A stretch of 64,000 bases of DNA from a virus, in IMG/VR virus record IMGVR_UViG_3300017743_005089, positions 36,971 to 100,970 of that record. One strand, written 5' to 3'. The notes below the pieces were generated by a model, which worked only from the letters and a program-made list of their open reading frames with translations, was not told the DNA's origin and searched no databases. Every line of letters starts with the position of its first letter. Position 1 is the stretch's first letter. The position numbers and the translations under genes were made by a program. Below are positions 29,316 through 38,626 of the stretch, piece by piece.

Positions 29316-30379
29316 AAAACAAAGATATAGTACCCCTTTCCGCAAGTAAAATAAAAACCGCCCAAAGTTGCTCTTGGAAATACTGGGCTACATATCATTT
29401 AAAAGTCCCAGATAGAGGCAATGATGGCTCAAGTAGGGGCTGGATTTGCCATTTAATATTTGAATTACTTGGGGAGCCAAAGCACAAACATATTTATGAT
29501 GAGATAATTTTAAAAGATTCCATTTATCGGTGCGAGCCAATAAGAAGATTGGTGGGGTACCACGCAAAGAAACTAAACGTAAACGACGAAGAGAATTTAG
29601 AATTAATAAATAATATGACTCTAGCAGGTCTTCATTTTGATTTTTTCGGTGGAGGTGATCACGGAGACCCCGATGAAGGAATATCCGAGCAGGCATTCGA
29701 TATCACCGTCGACGAAGGAGATAAGCTTTATAGATTAAGGGGTTTTATAGATAAGCTATTCCTGTATGAAGAAAGTGGTACAGCGGTAATAAGAGACTTT
29801 AAAAGTAGTAAGCAAATCTTCAAAGGCAAAGAATTGACTGATAATTTGCAAGACTTACTGTACACTCTTGCTGTTAAAAAATTGTTCCCTCATTTCAGAA
29901 AACGTCAAGTAGAATTTCTTTTTTTAAAATTTGACCTAAACTCTAATGGCAGAGTCAAAATGAAAGATATATCAGAAGAAGAGCTTGATGGTTTAGAAAT
30001 TCATTTGACACAAATACAGAGGTTTCTAGACGACTTCGATGAGGATGATGCTATATCAAATTATGCTGGATCACAACCTTACCCTTCGGACGGTAGTTTT
30101 GGAGGTCCTTTAATGTGTGGTAAAGATGGTTACAAAATATACAAAGGGAAGCCCTTGCTAAATAAAGACGGAGACCCCGTGGTTGCGTTTATATGTCCAC
30201 ATAGAAAGCCTTTCTCTTATTATGTGTTAAAAGATTCTACTGGCAAGGTCATCAAGTCCGCCTTCGAAGAAAATAAAGATTCTTTGGTGGCTAAAGATGG
30301 AGAAAAAGTAGAATTATTTAAATACGAAGGTTGCCCCTATTGGAACAAGCCAAAAAGTGAAATAGACGACTTCTTTTAA
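29312..30379 (+). CDS. RecB/Cas4-like PD-(D/E)xK exonuclease
   Basis: LSAS.I.T...C, G...H..FE, RGFID, IRDFKS, Q...Y; three C-terminal Cys. Confidence 0.8.
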   Translation: MKNKDIVPLSASKIKTAQSCSWKYWATYHLKVPDRGNDGSSRGWICHLIFELLGEPKHKHIYDEIILKDSIYRCEPIRRLVGYHAKKLNVNDEENLELINNMTLAGLHFDFFGGGDHGDPDEGISEQAFDITVDEGDKLYRLRGFIDKLFLYEESGTAVIRDFKSSKQIFKGKELTDNLQDLLYTLAVKKLFPHFRKRQVEFLFLKFDLNSNGRVKMKDISEEELDGLEIHLTQIQRFLDDFDEDDAISNYAGSQPYPSDGSFGGPLMCGKDGYKIYKGKPLLNKDGDPVVAFICPHRKPFSYYVLKDSTGKVIKSAFEENKDSLVAKDGEKVELFKYEGCPYWNKPKSEIDDFF

Positions 30380-30406
30380 TTTTTTTTGTGTACTCATTTA
30401 TTGAAA

Positions 30407-30676
30407 ATGAATACAGTGGAAAATATTTGCTATGAATACTCGGAAGATGTTATTTTTTCTCAAGACGTTTCCTTCAATGGGTACCCAGTTTTAATAATAG
30501 CAGACATTGAGTCTAAATATGTGAAAGAGTTGTCTGAATTTCTTTCTAATCATGGCTACAAGATATCGCAAAGAAAAAAAATAAATGAAAAATTTTCTTT
30601 AATTAGATTTGAGTTAATTAATTTAAGCAAATATGATAAATTTTTTAAAAACAATAAGGAAGATATAGGGGAGTAA
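30407..30676 (+). CDS. Hypothetical protein
   Basis: ATG 30407 follows GTGTA element at 30388. Confidence 0.5.
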   Translation: MNTVENICYEYSEDVIFSQDVSFNGYPVLIIADIESKYVKELSEFLSNHGYKISQRKKINEKFSLIRFELINLSKYDKFFKNNKEDIGE

Positions 30677-30681
30677 CCTTT

Positions 30682-31857
30682 ATGTTTTTGGTATTGTTTA
30701 TATTTTTGTCGGCTGTATCTATATCTATTACAGCCGCCTACTTTAGTATTATAGGGCTTGCTACAATGTTTCCTGGATCTAAAGAAGCCATTATAATCAT
30801 GGGCGCAACACTAGAAATAGGTAAGCTTGTTGCAGCGGTATGGTTGCATAAGGAATGGCATACAGCATTCAAGTTCATTAGAAACTATTTGCTAATAGCT
30901 GTTATTGTTCTTAGCGCCATAACTAGCATGGGCATATTCGGTTTTTTATCTAGATCTCATGTTGAACACGAAGCCTCTATAGAAAAAGAACAGGCAATGC
31001 TTTCACAAATTGAGGTTAAAATACAAAGAGAAAAAGATTTTATAAATAGGAAATCAGAATTAATTAAGAAGATAGAGTTCAAAGAATCTAATGTTAATGA
31101 CCAAGGCCAAGACATAGTAAAAAGATTAGAAGAAAGAATAAATGCAATAAAAGAAGAGTCAGAATTAAACATAAAACAACAGCAAGATTTAATATCTAAA
31201 AATGAATTAAAATTAAAACAGCTTGATGAACAATTAGAATCAGCCAAAGGCTCAGGCTTATTTTCTAATGACAAAAATTATAAAAAAACTTTATCTGAAC
31301 AAAAAACCCAAAGAGAGTCTGCAACTTCTTCGATATCAGAATCAGAATCAGAAATAAAATCTATACAGAGTAGAACCCTTTCTTTGCTTGAAAGCACAAG
31401 GACTCAAATAGACTCTGCTAGCGCGCAAAAAGACATTGCGGTAGAATTAAATCCAGATATTTCAAAGTATAATAAAGAAATACAAGATGCGCAAGATAAG
31501 ATAGCTGCATTAGAATCAGAATCATTCGAATATGGTCAGGGCCTAAGGGCTCTAGAGACAGAAATGGGGCCAATCACTTATATTATTGAAGCTATTAAAG
31601 ATTGGACTGGAGCAGATCTTGATACAGGCAAGGGAATTAGGATCGTTATTATTACTTTGATATTTGTTTTTGATCCTTTGGCGATATTATTGTTAATTGC
31701 GGCAACAATGTCTTACGCAGAGATAAAAAGAAAAAAAGAAGCTGGCAATATCCCTCCTGACGTTAGAGCCATTAGGAATAAATTACTTGAAGAGATGGAA
31801 GAGTATCTGCAAGAGGGTGGCATAGCTGAACATTTTATAGAAAGAGCAAAGAAATAG
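30682..31857 (+). CDS. Membrane-anchored coiled-coil protein
   Basis: 3-4 N-terminal TMs, ~200-aa coiled coil, C-terminal TM with IFVFDPLA. Confidence 0.7.
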   Translation: MFLVLFIFLSAVSISITAAYFSIIGLATMFPGSKEAIIIMGATLEIGKLVAAVWLHKEWHTAFKFIRNYLLIAVIVLSAITSMGIFGFLSRSHVEHEASIEKEQAMLSQIEVKIQREKDFINRKSELIKKIEFKESNVNDQGQDIVKRLEERINAIKEESELNIKQQQDLISKNELKLKQLDEQLESAKGSGLFSNDKNYKKTLSEQKTQRESATSSISESESEIKSIQSRTLSLLESTRTQIDSASAQKDIAVELNPDISKYNKEIQDAQDKIAALESESFEYGQGLRALETEMGPITYIIEAIKDWTGADLDTGKGIRIVIITLIFVFDPLAILLLIAATMSYAEIKRKKEAGNIPPDVRAIRNKLLEEMEEYLQEGGIAEHFIERAKK

Positions 31858-31858
31858 C

Positions 31859-31887
31859 TTGACTATTTTAGTTATTTATGGTACTTT
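31859..31887 (+). promoter_or_regulatory. sigma70-type promoter with extended -10 (leaderless geometry)
   Basis: TTGACT-N17-TACTTT with TGn; 6 nt before ATG. Confidence 0.65.
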
Positions 31888-31893
31888 ACCTAA

Positions 31894-32688
31894 ATGACAA
31901 TTCCTATATTTAAAAGCCATTTCTCGATAGGTAAAAGCATACTTACTCTAGATTTTCCACAAGAGCTTAAAGACCAAGAAGTCAACGAAAGTCCTTGTAG
32001 TGTTTTCGACATAGTCAAGAACAATAACCTAAAAGACTTAGTATTAATAGAAGATTCATTTATAGGCTTCCTTCAGGCTCAAAAAGTATGCCAAGAATTG
32101 GGCGTCAAATTAATCTTCGGCATAAGGTTTGATGTTTGCGAAAATGCACTAGACGAAGATTCTATTAAAAATTCTAAATGTAATCATAAAATCATCATTC
32201 TCCCCAAAAACGGAGAAGGCTGCAGGGATTTAAATAAAATCTACACTGAATCAAAAACAAGATACAATAATTTTTTAGACATGAACGTTTTAAAAGACAT
32301 GTGGAATAAAGATTCTCTGTGCCTAGCTATACCTTTTTACGATTCCTTTATACACAGAAACATATCTTCCTTCAACTCTTGTGTTTTGAATTTTGACTTC
32401 ATCAATCCTACGTTCTTCCTAGAAGATAACGGGCTACCTTTTGATAATTTAATTTTAAATACAGTCGAAAAGTATTGCAGGGTTAACGATTTTAAAACAG
32501 AAAAAGTTCAATCTATTTACTATGAAAATAAAAAAGATTTCCCTTCGTATTTGGCTTACAAATTAGTTTGCTCAAGAGGTTCTTACGCTGGAAGGCAGTC
32601 GTCTCTAGAAAAGCCAAACCTTGACCACTTAGGTAGCGATGAGTTTTGCTGGGAAAGCTACGCAGACAAACATTTGAATTTAAAATGA
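31894..32688 (+). CDS. Stand-alone PHP domain of a split DNA polymerase III alpha
   Basis: KSHFSIGKSIL, KLIFG, IILPKN.EG..DLNKI resemble the DnaE N-terminus; lies upstream of a PHP-less dnaE. Confidence 0.75.
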   Translation: MTIPIFKSHFSIGKSILTLDFPQELKDQEVNESPCSVFDIVKNNNLKDLVLIEDSFIGFLQAQKVCQELGVKLIFGIRFDVCENALDEDSIKNSKCNHKIIILPKNGEGCRDLNKIYTESKTRYNNFLDMNVLKDMWNKDSLCLAIPFYDSFIHRNISSFNSCVLNFDFINPTFFLEDNGLPFDNLILNTVEKYCRVNDFKTEKVQSIYYENKKDFPSYLAYKLVCSRGSYAGRQSSLEKPNLDHLGSDEFCWESYADKHLNLK

Positions 32689-33326
32689 AAGAAAAATTAC
32701 TTAGATTTGATAATTCCCAAAGGTACATGGTCTTTGACTTTGAAACATGTAATCTAAATTTGGTCTCAAAGGACAACAAGCCATGGCAGCTAGCTTTCTT
32801 AATATATGAAGGCGAAAAACTTATAGAGTCTAATGATTACTATATTCAATGGGATGATTTAAAAATGTCAGAAGGAGCCAGAAAAGTCACAGGCTTTAAA
32901 GATTCTGTTTATAAAAAAAAATCAGTTGACCCGATTAAAGTTCTAAATCATTTTGAAAAATATTTATACGATGACTCATACATTAAGTTGGGGCACAACA
33001 TCCTTGGTTTTGATATTTATATACATAATATATTTAGAAAGTTACTGCGTCGCCCAACCGATTACTCCTATTTAAGAAAATCAATAGATACGCTTTGCAT
33101 TGCTAAAGCTATAGCTAAAGAAATTAAGTTAAACGAAGACGATGACTTTGTATCTTGGCAATTAAAATTAAATTCAGTCCATGAAAGGGGGCTAAGATTA
33201 AACCTAGGAGCATGTTGCAAAAATTATGATATAGATTTTGACCCCAAAAAACTTCATGATGCGCTTTACGACATCCAAAAAAATTATCAAGTATTCAGGA
33301 AAATGTTATGGAAAATAGAGATATAA
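32685..33326 (+). CDS. DEDDh 3'-5' exonuclease (DnaQ-like)
   Basis: VFDFET, GHN..GFD, IDTL, HDALYD; ATGA overlap start. Confidence 0.85.
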   Translation: MKEKLLRFDNSQRYMVFDFETCNLNLVSKDNKPWQLAFLIYEGEKLIESNDYYIQWDDLKMSEGARKVTGFKDSVYKKKSVDPIKVLNHFEKYLYDDSYIKLGHNILGFDIYIHNIFRKLLRRPTDYSYLRKSIDTLCIAKAIAKEIKLNEDDDFVSWQLKLNSVHERGLRLNLGACCKNYDIDFDPKKLHDALYDIQKNYQVFRKMLWKIEI

Positions 33327-33550
33327 AAAACTTAGACAATATTTTATTAAATTACGAGCTTGAACTTTCAAGCCTCAAAAACAAAACCTCTAAAGTTTTA
33401 AGGCGTTTTGTGCAAAAAGACAAGTCTTACTGGTCAAAAAACCCAAAAGAATTTGAATTCATGGTTAACAACTTGATAGAAATAACTTCGGATATAAAAT
33501 GCATTGATAAATGCAGGAATGATTCTATAATAGAATTGACTTATGAATAG
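33308..33550 (+). CDS. Hypothetical protein
   Basis: Overlaps both neighbouring genes. Confidence 0.5.
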   Translation: MENRDIKNLDNILLNYELELSSLKNKTSKVLRRFVQKDKSYWSKNPKEFEFMVNNLIEITSDIKCIDKCRNDSIIELTYE

Positions 33551-36119
33551 TTTTTTAGATAATTTTTCTGAATATGAAGACTGCTCACCTCCTGGCGTCC
33601 GACTCCCAGAAATTAAAATAACGAAACAAAATTACAAAAGTCTAGATTTAGACCCCGAAACATCCAACTTTAATTTCCTTAGAGAGCTGTGCCTAGACGG
33701 AGTCAAGAAAAAAGGCATAGACAAGCTTCCCAATAAAAAAGAATATTATACTAGGGCTAAAGAAGAGCTTAAAATATTAGATGAGTTAGGGTTCACTGAT
33801 TATATATTATTAAATTGGGATATACTTGACTTTTGCCACCAAAATAATATACCCACAGGGCCAGGTCGAGGCAGTGCGGCTGGTTCGCTAGTTCTATATT
33901 TAATAGATGTCACAAAAATTGATCCAATAAAATATGGTTTATTTTTTGAAAGGTTTGTTAGCAAGAGCAGGGCAAAGAAAATAAAAAAAGATGGCGTAAC
34001 TTATTTGGACGGAAGCTTATTGGCCGATGTTGACAATGATATTGCTTATGAACACAGGGACAGGGTAATAGAGTATATTGAAAATAAATACCCAGGAAGA
34101 ACGGCTAAAATCTTAACATTAAATACCCTGAGTAGTAAGTTATGTATTAGGGAATGTGGAAAAATTGTTGCGAACTATACAGAAATGGACATCAATTCTA
34201 TTACGGCCCACATACCTAAGACTTTTGGCAAGGTTGCTAGTATATCTTCATCTATTGATCAGTCTGAAAAATTCTCAGAATGGGCTGATCAAAACGAAGA
34301 AGTAATTAAAATAGCAAAAAAAATAGAAGGGTTGAATAAAAACTCAGGAGTACACCCGTCTGGTATCGCTATCTCTTTTGATGAACTCATAAATTTCTGC
34401 CCAATTCAAAAGGCTAATGATGGTTCTCTAGTTACAGGTTATGATATGAACTGGGTTTCCGAACTCATGGTTAAATTTGATATACTAGGCTTGAGAACTC
34501 TTAGCGTGATCTATAATACCTGTAACGCTATAGATTTAGACCCATTAAATATACCTTTGGACAAAGACGAGACGTACTATCCACTTGCTGAACTAGAATG
34601 CCCCCATGGCTTATTCCAGATAGAGGCTAGCACAAATTTCAGTGTTTGTAAAAAAATAAAACCCAGGACTCTGGAGGAATTAAGTGCTGTTATAGCTATA
34701 GCAAGACCAGGAGCGCTTGATTTCGCAGACAGCTATTCTGAATATGTGAGGTTTGGAGAATTTCAAAGTGTACATGAGTTATTTGATGAAGAGCTTAGTT
34801 ATACTGGGGGTATACCTTTGTACCAAGAACAGTTAATGAAAATGGCCGTTAAAATAGGCTTTACCCTCGATGAATCTGAGCAGCTAAGAAGGATTGTGGG
34901 TAAGAAAAAAGTAGATCAAATGCCCGAATGGAAACAGAAAATTGAGTCAAAAATAGAAGAGAATAATCTTCCAATAGAAGCTGGTGACGTGCTATGGAAG
35001 GTCGCAGAAGATAGCGCCAACTATAGTTTTAATAAATCTCACTCAATAGCTTACTCAACATTGGCGGCATGGACAATTTACCTCAAGTTTAATTATCCGA
35101 AGGAATTTTTCTTGGCTTTATTGAAAATGACTCATTCAGAGCCTACCCCTCAAGCTGAAGTTTCTAAAATTAGTCAAGAACTCTCAAGGTTTGATATTAA
35201 ACTTTTGCCCCCAAACCTCGTTAAATCCAGCATGGATTTTTCTATCGAAGGGAAAAACATAAGGTACGGATTAAGCAGTATAAAAGGTATAAGTGACAAA
35301 TCTTTAGATTCTTTACGGAAATTTCGTTCCGAAAATAATTCAACTAAATTTGATTTATTCCTGGCAGCCAAACAATCTGGACTTAATATAGGGGTTCTTT
35401 CTGCCTTAATACAGGCGGGAGCCCTAAGTGATGACTTAACTTCTGATAGATCAAAGCTTGTATTAGAAGCTCAACTATTTAATATATTAACAGATAGGGA
35501 GAAAAGGAATTTTATGACGCTTGCTGAGGCAAATGACATTGATCTTTTTGAAATATTCAAAGACGTCAAAGAGTCGTCTTTTGAAAAGATTGGGGACGAT
35601 GGAAAAGTCTTAATTAAAGAGTCTAGATACCAAACATTAAAAAAGAAATATTCTCCGTACAAAGACATATACTATAAAAATAGTAAAAGTCAAAACTTTG
35701 CTAATTGGTATTTTGAAAAAACCTTACTAGGTTTTAGTTACTCTTCTGAATTATCAAAAGTTTTCAAAGACAAAGATCAGTCCCCAAAAAATTCTCTTCA
35801 TTTTAAATCGCTGAATCCTAGGGAGTCTGCTAAATATATATTCACTGTTGTTTTTTCTAAAAAAGATAAGTCTAGAAACGGCAACCTGTACATAAAATTG
35901 GAGCTAGAAGATGAATTTGGTTCTATTGACGCTATACTTTGCGACACGCCCAGAGAGAAAAAATGCACGGCTTACTTAAAAAATAATCAAATCCCTAAAG
36001 AGGGTAGTATAATAACCCTCCATGGAGACAAAACAAACGATGGAGACGCAATATTTATAAATAATATGAAAGTAGTAGACGAAATGATTTATATGAACTT
36101 AAAAGATTTAAAAGCTTAA
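33543..36119 (+). CDS. dnaE: DNA polymerase III alpha catalytic part, lacking PHP
   Basis: GRGSAAGS, FERF, DVDND, HPSG, KFDILGL, YQEQ, FNKSH; C-terminal OB fold. Confidence 0.92.
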   Translation: MNSFLDNFSEYEDCSPPGVRLPEIKITKQNYKSLDLDPETSNFNFLRELCLDGVKKKGIDKLPNKKEYYTRAKEELKILDELGFTDYILLNWDILDFCHQNNIPTGPGRGSAAGSLVLYLIDVTKIDPIKYGLFFERFVSKSRAKKIKKDGVTYLDGSLLADVDNDIAYEHRDRVIEYIENKYPGRTAKILTLNTLSSKLCIRECGKIVANYTEMDINSITAHIPKTFGKVASISSSIDQSEKFSEWADQNEEVIKIAKKIEGLNKNSGVHPSGIAISFDELINFCPIQKANDGSLVTGYDMNWVSELMVKFDILGLRTLSVIYNTCNAIDLDPLNIPLDKDETYYPLAELECPHGLFQIEASTNFSVCKKIKPRTLEELSAVIAIARPGALDFADSYSEYVRFGEFQSVHELFDEELSYTGGIPLYQEQLMKMAVKIGFTLDESEQLRRIVGKKKVDQMPEWKQKIESKIEENNLPIEAGDVLWKVAEDSANYSFNKSHSIAYSTLAAWTIYLKFNYPKEFFLALLKMTHSEPTPQAEVSKISQELSRFDIKLLPPNLVKSSMDFSIEGKNIRYGLSSIKGISDKSLDSLRKFRSENNSTKFDLFLAAKQSGLNIGVLSALIQAGALSDDLTSDRSKLVLEAQLFNILTDREKRNFMTLAEANDIDLFEIFKDVKESSFEKIGDDGKVLIKESRYQTLKKKYSPYKDIYYKNSKSQNFANWYFEKTLLGFSYSSELSKVFKDKDQSPKNSLHFKSLNPRESAKYIFTVVFSKKDKSRNGNLYIKLELEDEFGSIDAILCDTPREKKCTAYLKNNQIPKEGSIITLHGDKTNDGDAIFINNMKVVDEMIYMNLKDLKA

Positions 36120-36133
36120 GTGTACATATAACT

Positions 36134-38542
36134 ATGGAAAACTTTCCCAATTTCACACCGAGTTGCCAAAAAATAATATCAGATTCTAAACTTTTAGCTG
36201 AGGCATGGAATCATGAAGAAGTAAATTGCGGCCACCTGCTGGTCGCTATAATGTCTTCCTCTTTGACATTTGTTAATGATTTAATGGTAGGCTTTAATGT
36301 TCCTGTCGACTCTTTTATAGAATACATAGAAGATTTTTATGCACTGGAACCTTCGAACAAAAAAGCTAAAGATTTTTATTACGGAGAAGAGGTTAAACAC
36401 TTGCTCTCTGAGGCCCATGAATTTGCAATCGAATTGGGCAACGATTATATATCTGCGGAGCATATATTTTTTATATACCTAAATAACTCTAATGGCCCCT
36501 GTTATCACTTCTTAAAGTTGCAAAAAGTTTCTCCATCAAAAGTGATGGAAGCCTTTTTGATAATATTTAAAAATCAACAAGTTTATAGTAGGAATGAATC
36601 TGGTTTAGTTCAGCCAATCGAGGAAGAGGCGGCTGGCGTTACCTCGCAATCGGGCAATGACTCCAATAGCATGCTTGAGTCTTTCTGTACAAATCTTCAC
36701 GATTTGAATGCAAAAGGTTCTTTACCTAAAGTTATAGGTAAAGATTTTGAAATGGATAGAATGTGTGAAATTTTAGGCAGAAAAATCAAAAACAATCCCC
36801 TTCTCATAGGTGATCCTGGCGTTGGTAAAACCGCAATCGTGGAAGGTTTAGTTCAAAAAATAGATGAAAGCAAGGCTCCCCCATTCTTATTAGGCAAAAA
36901 GATTTACTCAGTAGATTTGGCTTCAATGATTGCTGGTACAAAGTACAGGGGTCAATTTGAGAAAAGGCTAAAACTTTTGCTGAAAGAATGCTCCGAACTA
37001 GGGAGTATAATTTTATTTATAGATGAAGCTCATACTATTGTGGGAGCTGGAAACGCTGAAGGAACAATGGATGCATCAAATATACTGAAGCCTGCTTTGG
37101 CAAGAGGGGATCTTACAGTAATAGGTGCTACAACTTTCCCTGAATACAAAAAGAATATTGAAAAAGATATAGCTCTTAGTAGGAGATTCGAAAACATTGC
37201 AGTGGAAGAGCCCTCAACTTTAGAGTGCTACAAAATACTCAAAGGTATTAAATCCTCCTATGAAAAATTTCACGGAGTATCTTACGACAACTATATTCTC
37301 AAAAAAATAGTTTCTCTATGTGATGACTACCTGCCTCAAAGAAAGTTTCCCGACAAAGCTATAGATATAATGGACGAAGTTGGAGCTAAATTAAAAATTA
37401 AAAACTCCATGCCCACAAAAGAGATGCAAATAACTGAGGATAAAATATATAACCTCAGCGCGCAAGCTGTTGGGACAAAAAGAGAAGATGACTTGATCGA
37501 TAAATATGTTTCACTTTCTAATGATTGGGAAAAATCTTCAAGAAAAAAAGTTAGTGAAAATGATGTAATAGATTGTCTTTCCGTAAAGGCAAAGCTACCC
37601 AAAGATAACTTCCATCAAGACAAAGATGATAAGTCTTTAAGTCTTGGAAGAAAATTAAACAGAGATGTAATAAATCAAAAAGACGCCGTATCAAATATAC
37701 ATAAGTCGATATTAAGGTTTAAGCTCGGCCTTAAAGATTTAAACAAACCTATAGGCTCTTTCTTGTGCCTAGGTGCTAGCGGGGTTGGTAAAACCTGGAC
37801 AGCTAAAATGCTAGCCAAACATTATTTTGGATCAGAAAAAAACATTATAAGGTTTGATATGTCCGAGTACTCTGACAAGGTCTCTTCTGCAAAGTTAACT
37901 GGAGCATCCCCAGGGTATATAGGCTACGAAGAGGGGGGCGTTTTAATAGAAGCAATAAAAAAGAAACCTCATTGCGTCCTGCTTTTTGATGAAATAGAAA
38001 AATCCCATCCAGAAGTTCAACAACTTTTACTACAAATATTAGAAGAAGGAGAGATTCAAGATAATATAGGTACCACAGTTTACTTCAAAGACACTATTGT
38101 AATACTTACTAGTAATATTGGTTCAGAAATTACAACCAAAAGTTCTCTTGGTTTTTCCCCAAACCCAGAGTCGAATGATTCTAAAATCTACGAAGTTGCA
38201 AAAAAAATACTTAGTCCAGAATTAGTAAACAGATTGGATTCGGTTATAGTCTTTAATCACTTAGATCAAAAAGATTTATTTAAGATATTTAAATCCGAAA
38301 TAAGAAAACTTTGCTCCAAATTAAAAAAGAAAAATGTATCAATTAACATATCTGATGATGCAGCTAATTTTCTTTGCGAAGTAGCTTCGGTAGAAAAAAT
38401 GGGGGCAAGACCATTAAAAAGGTTAATAAAGTCGGAGATAGAAGACGTAATTGTTGAGCATTACTTTAAAAAGAAACAAGACAAGCAGGTTAATTTTAAT
38501 TTTTGTTTAGATGAAGATTCTATAAGTCATTCTATTTATTAA
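36134..38542 (+). CDS. ClpA/ClpC-type AAA+ ATPase
   Basis: Clp_N repeats; [13 protein letters not shown] and [13 protein letters not shown]; SLGF ClpP-docking loop; GARPL. Confidence 0.9.
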   Translation: MENFPNFTPSCQKIISDSKLLAEAWNHEEVNCGHLLVAIMSSSLTFVNDLMVGFNVPVDSFIEYIEDFYALEPSNKKAKDFYYGEEVKHLLSEAHEFAIELGNDYISAEHIFFIYLNNSNGPCYHFLKLQKVSPSKVMEAFLIIFKNQQVYSRNESGLVQPIEEEAAGVTSQSGNDSNSMLESFCTNLHDLNAKGSLPKVIGKDFEMDRMCEILGRKIKNNPLLIGDPGVGKTAIVEGLVQKIDESKAPPFLLGKKIYSVDLASMIAGTKYRGQFEKRLKLLLKECSELGSIILFIDEAHTIVGAGNAEGTMDASNILKPALARGDLTVIGATTFPEYKKNIEKDIALSRRFENIAVEEPSTLECYKILKGIKSSYEKFHGVSYDNYILKKIVSLCDDYLPQRKFPDKAIDIMDEVGAKLKIKNSMPTKEMQITEDKIYNLSAQAVGTKREDDLIDKYVSLSNDWEKSSRKKVSENDVIDCLSVKAKLPKDNFHQDKDDKSLSLGRKLNRDVINQKDAVSNIHKSILRFKLGLKDLNKPIGSFLCLGASGVGKTWTAKMLAKHYFGSEKNIIRFDMSEYSDKVSSAKLTGASPGYIGYEEGGVLIEAIKKKPHCVLLFDEIEKSHPEVQQLLLQILEEGEIQDNIGTTVYFKDTIVILTSNIGSEITTKSSLGFSPNPESNDSKIYEVAKKILSPELVNRLDSVIVFNHLDQKDLFKIFKSEIRKLCSKLKKKNVSINISDDAANFLCEVASVEKMGARPLKRLIKSEIEDVIVEHYFKKKQDKQVNFNFCLDEDSISHSIY

Positions 38543-38626
38543 TAAAATATAATTCTGATCGGTAAATATGTGTATAGTATATATGCTATGCTACATATAA
38601 AAAATAGTCAAAATTAATTATATATT

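Noticed and set aside
29312-30379. Cas4 as evidence of a CRISPR system
   Set aside because: No array or other cas genes; the replisome context fits a phage RecB-like exonuclease
31894-36119. Split-intein DnaE
   Set aside because: No intein-like termini at the end of the PHP gene or the start of the polymerase gene
38566-38598. Imperfect hairpin over the GTGTA element before the fibre genes
   Set aside because: AT-rich with G:T pairs and a bulge and no U tract; too weak to call
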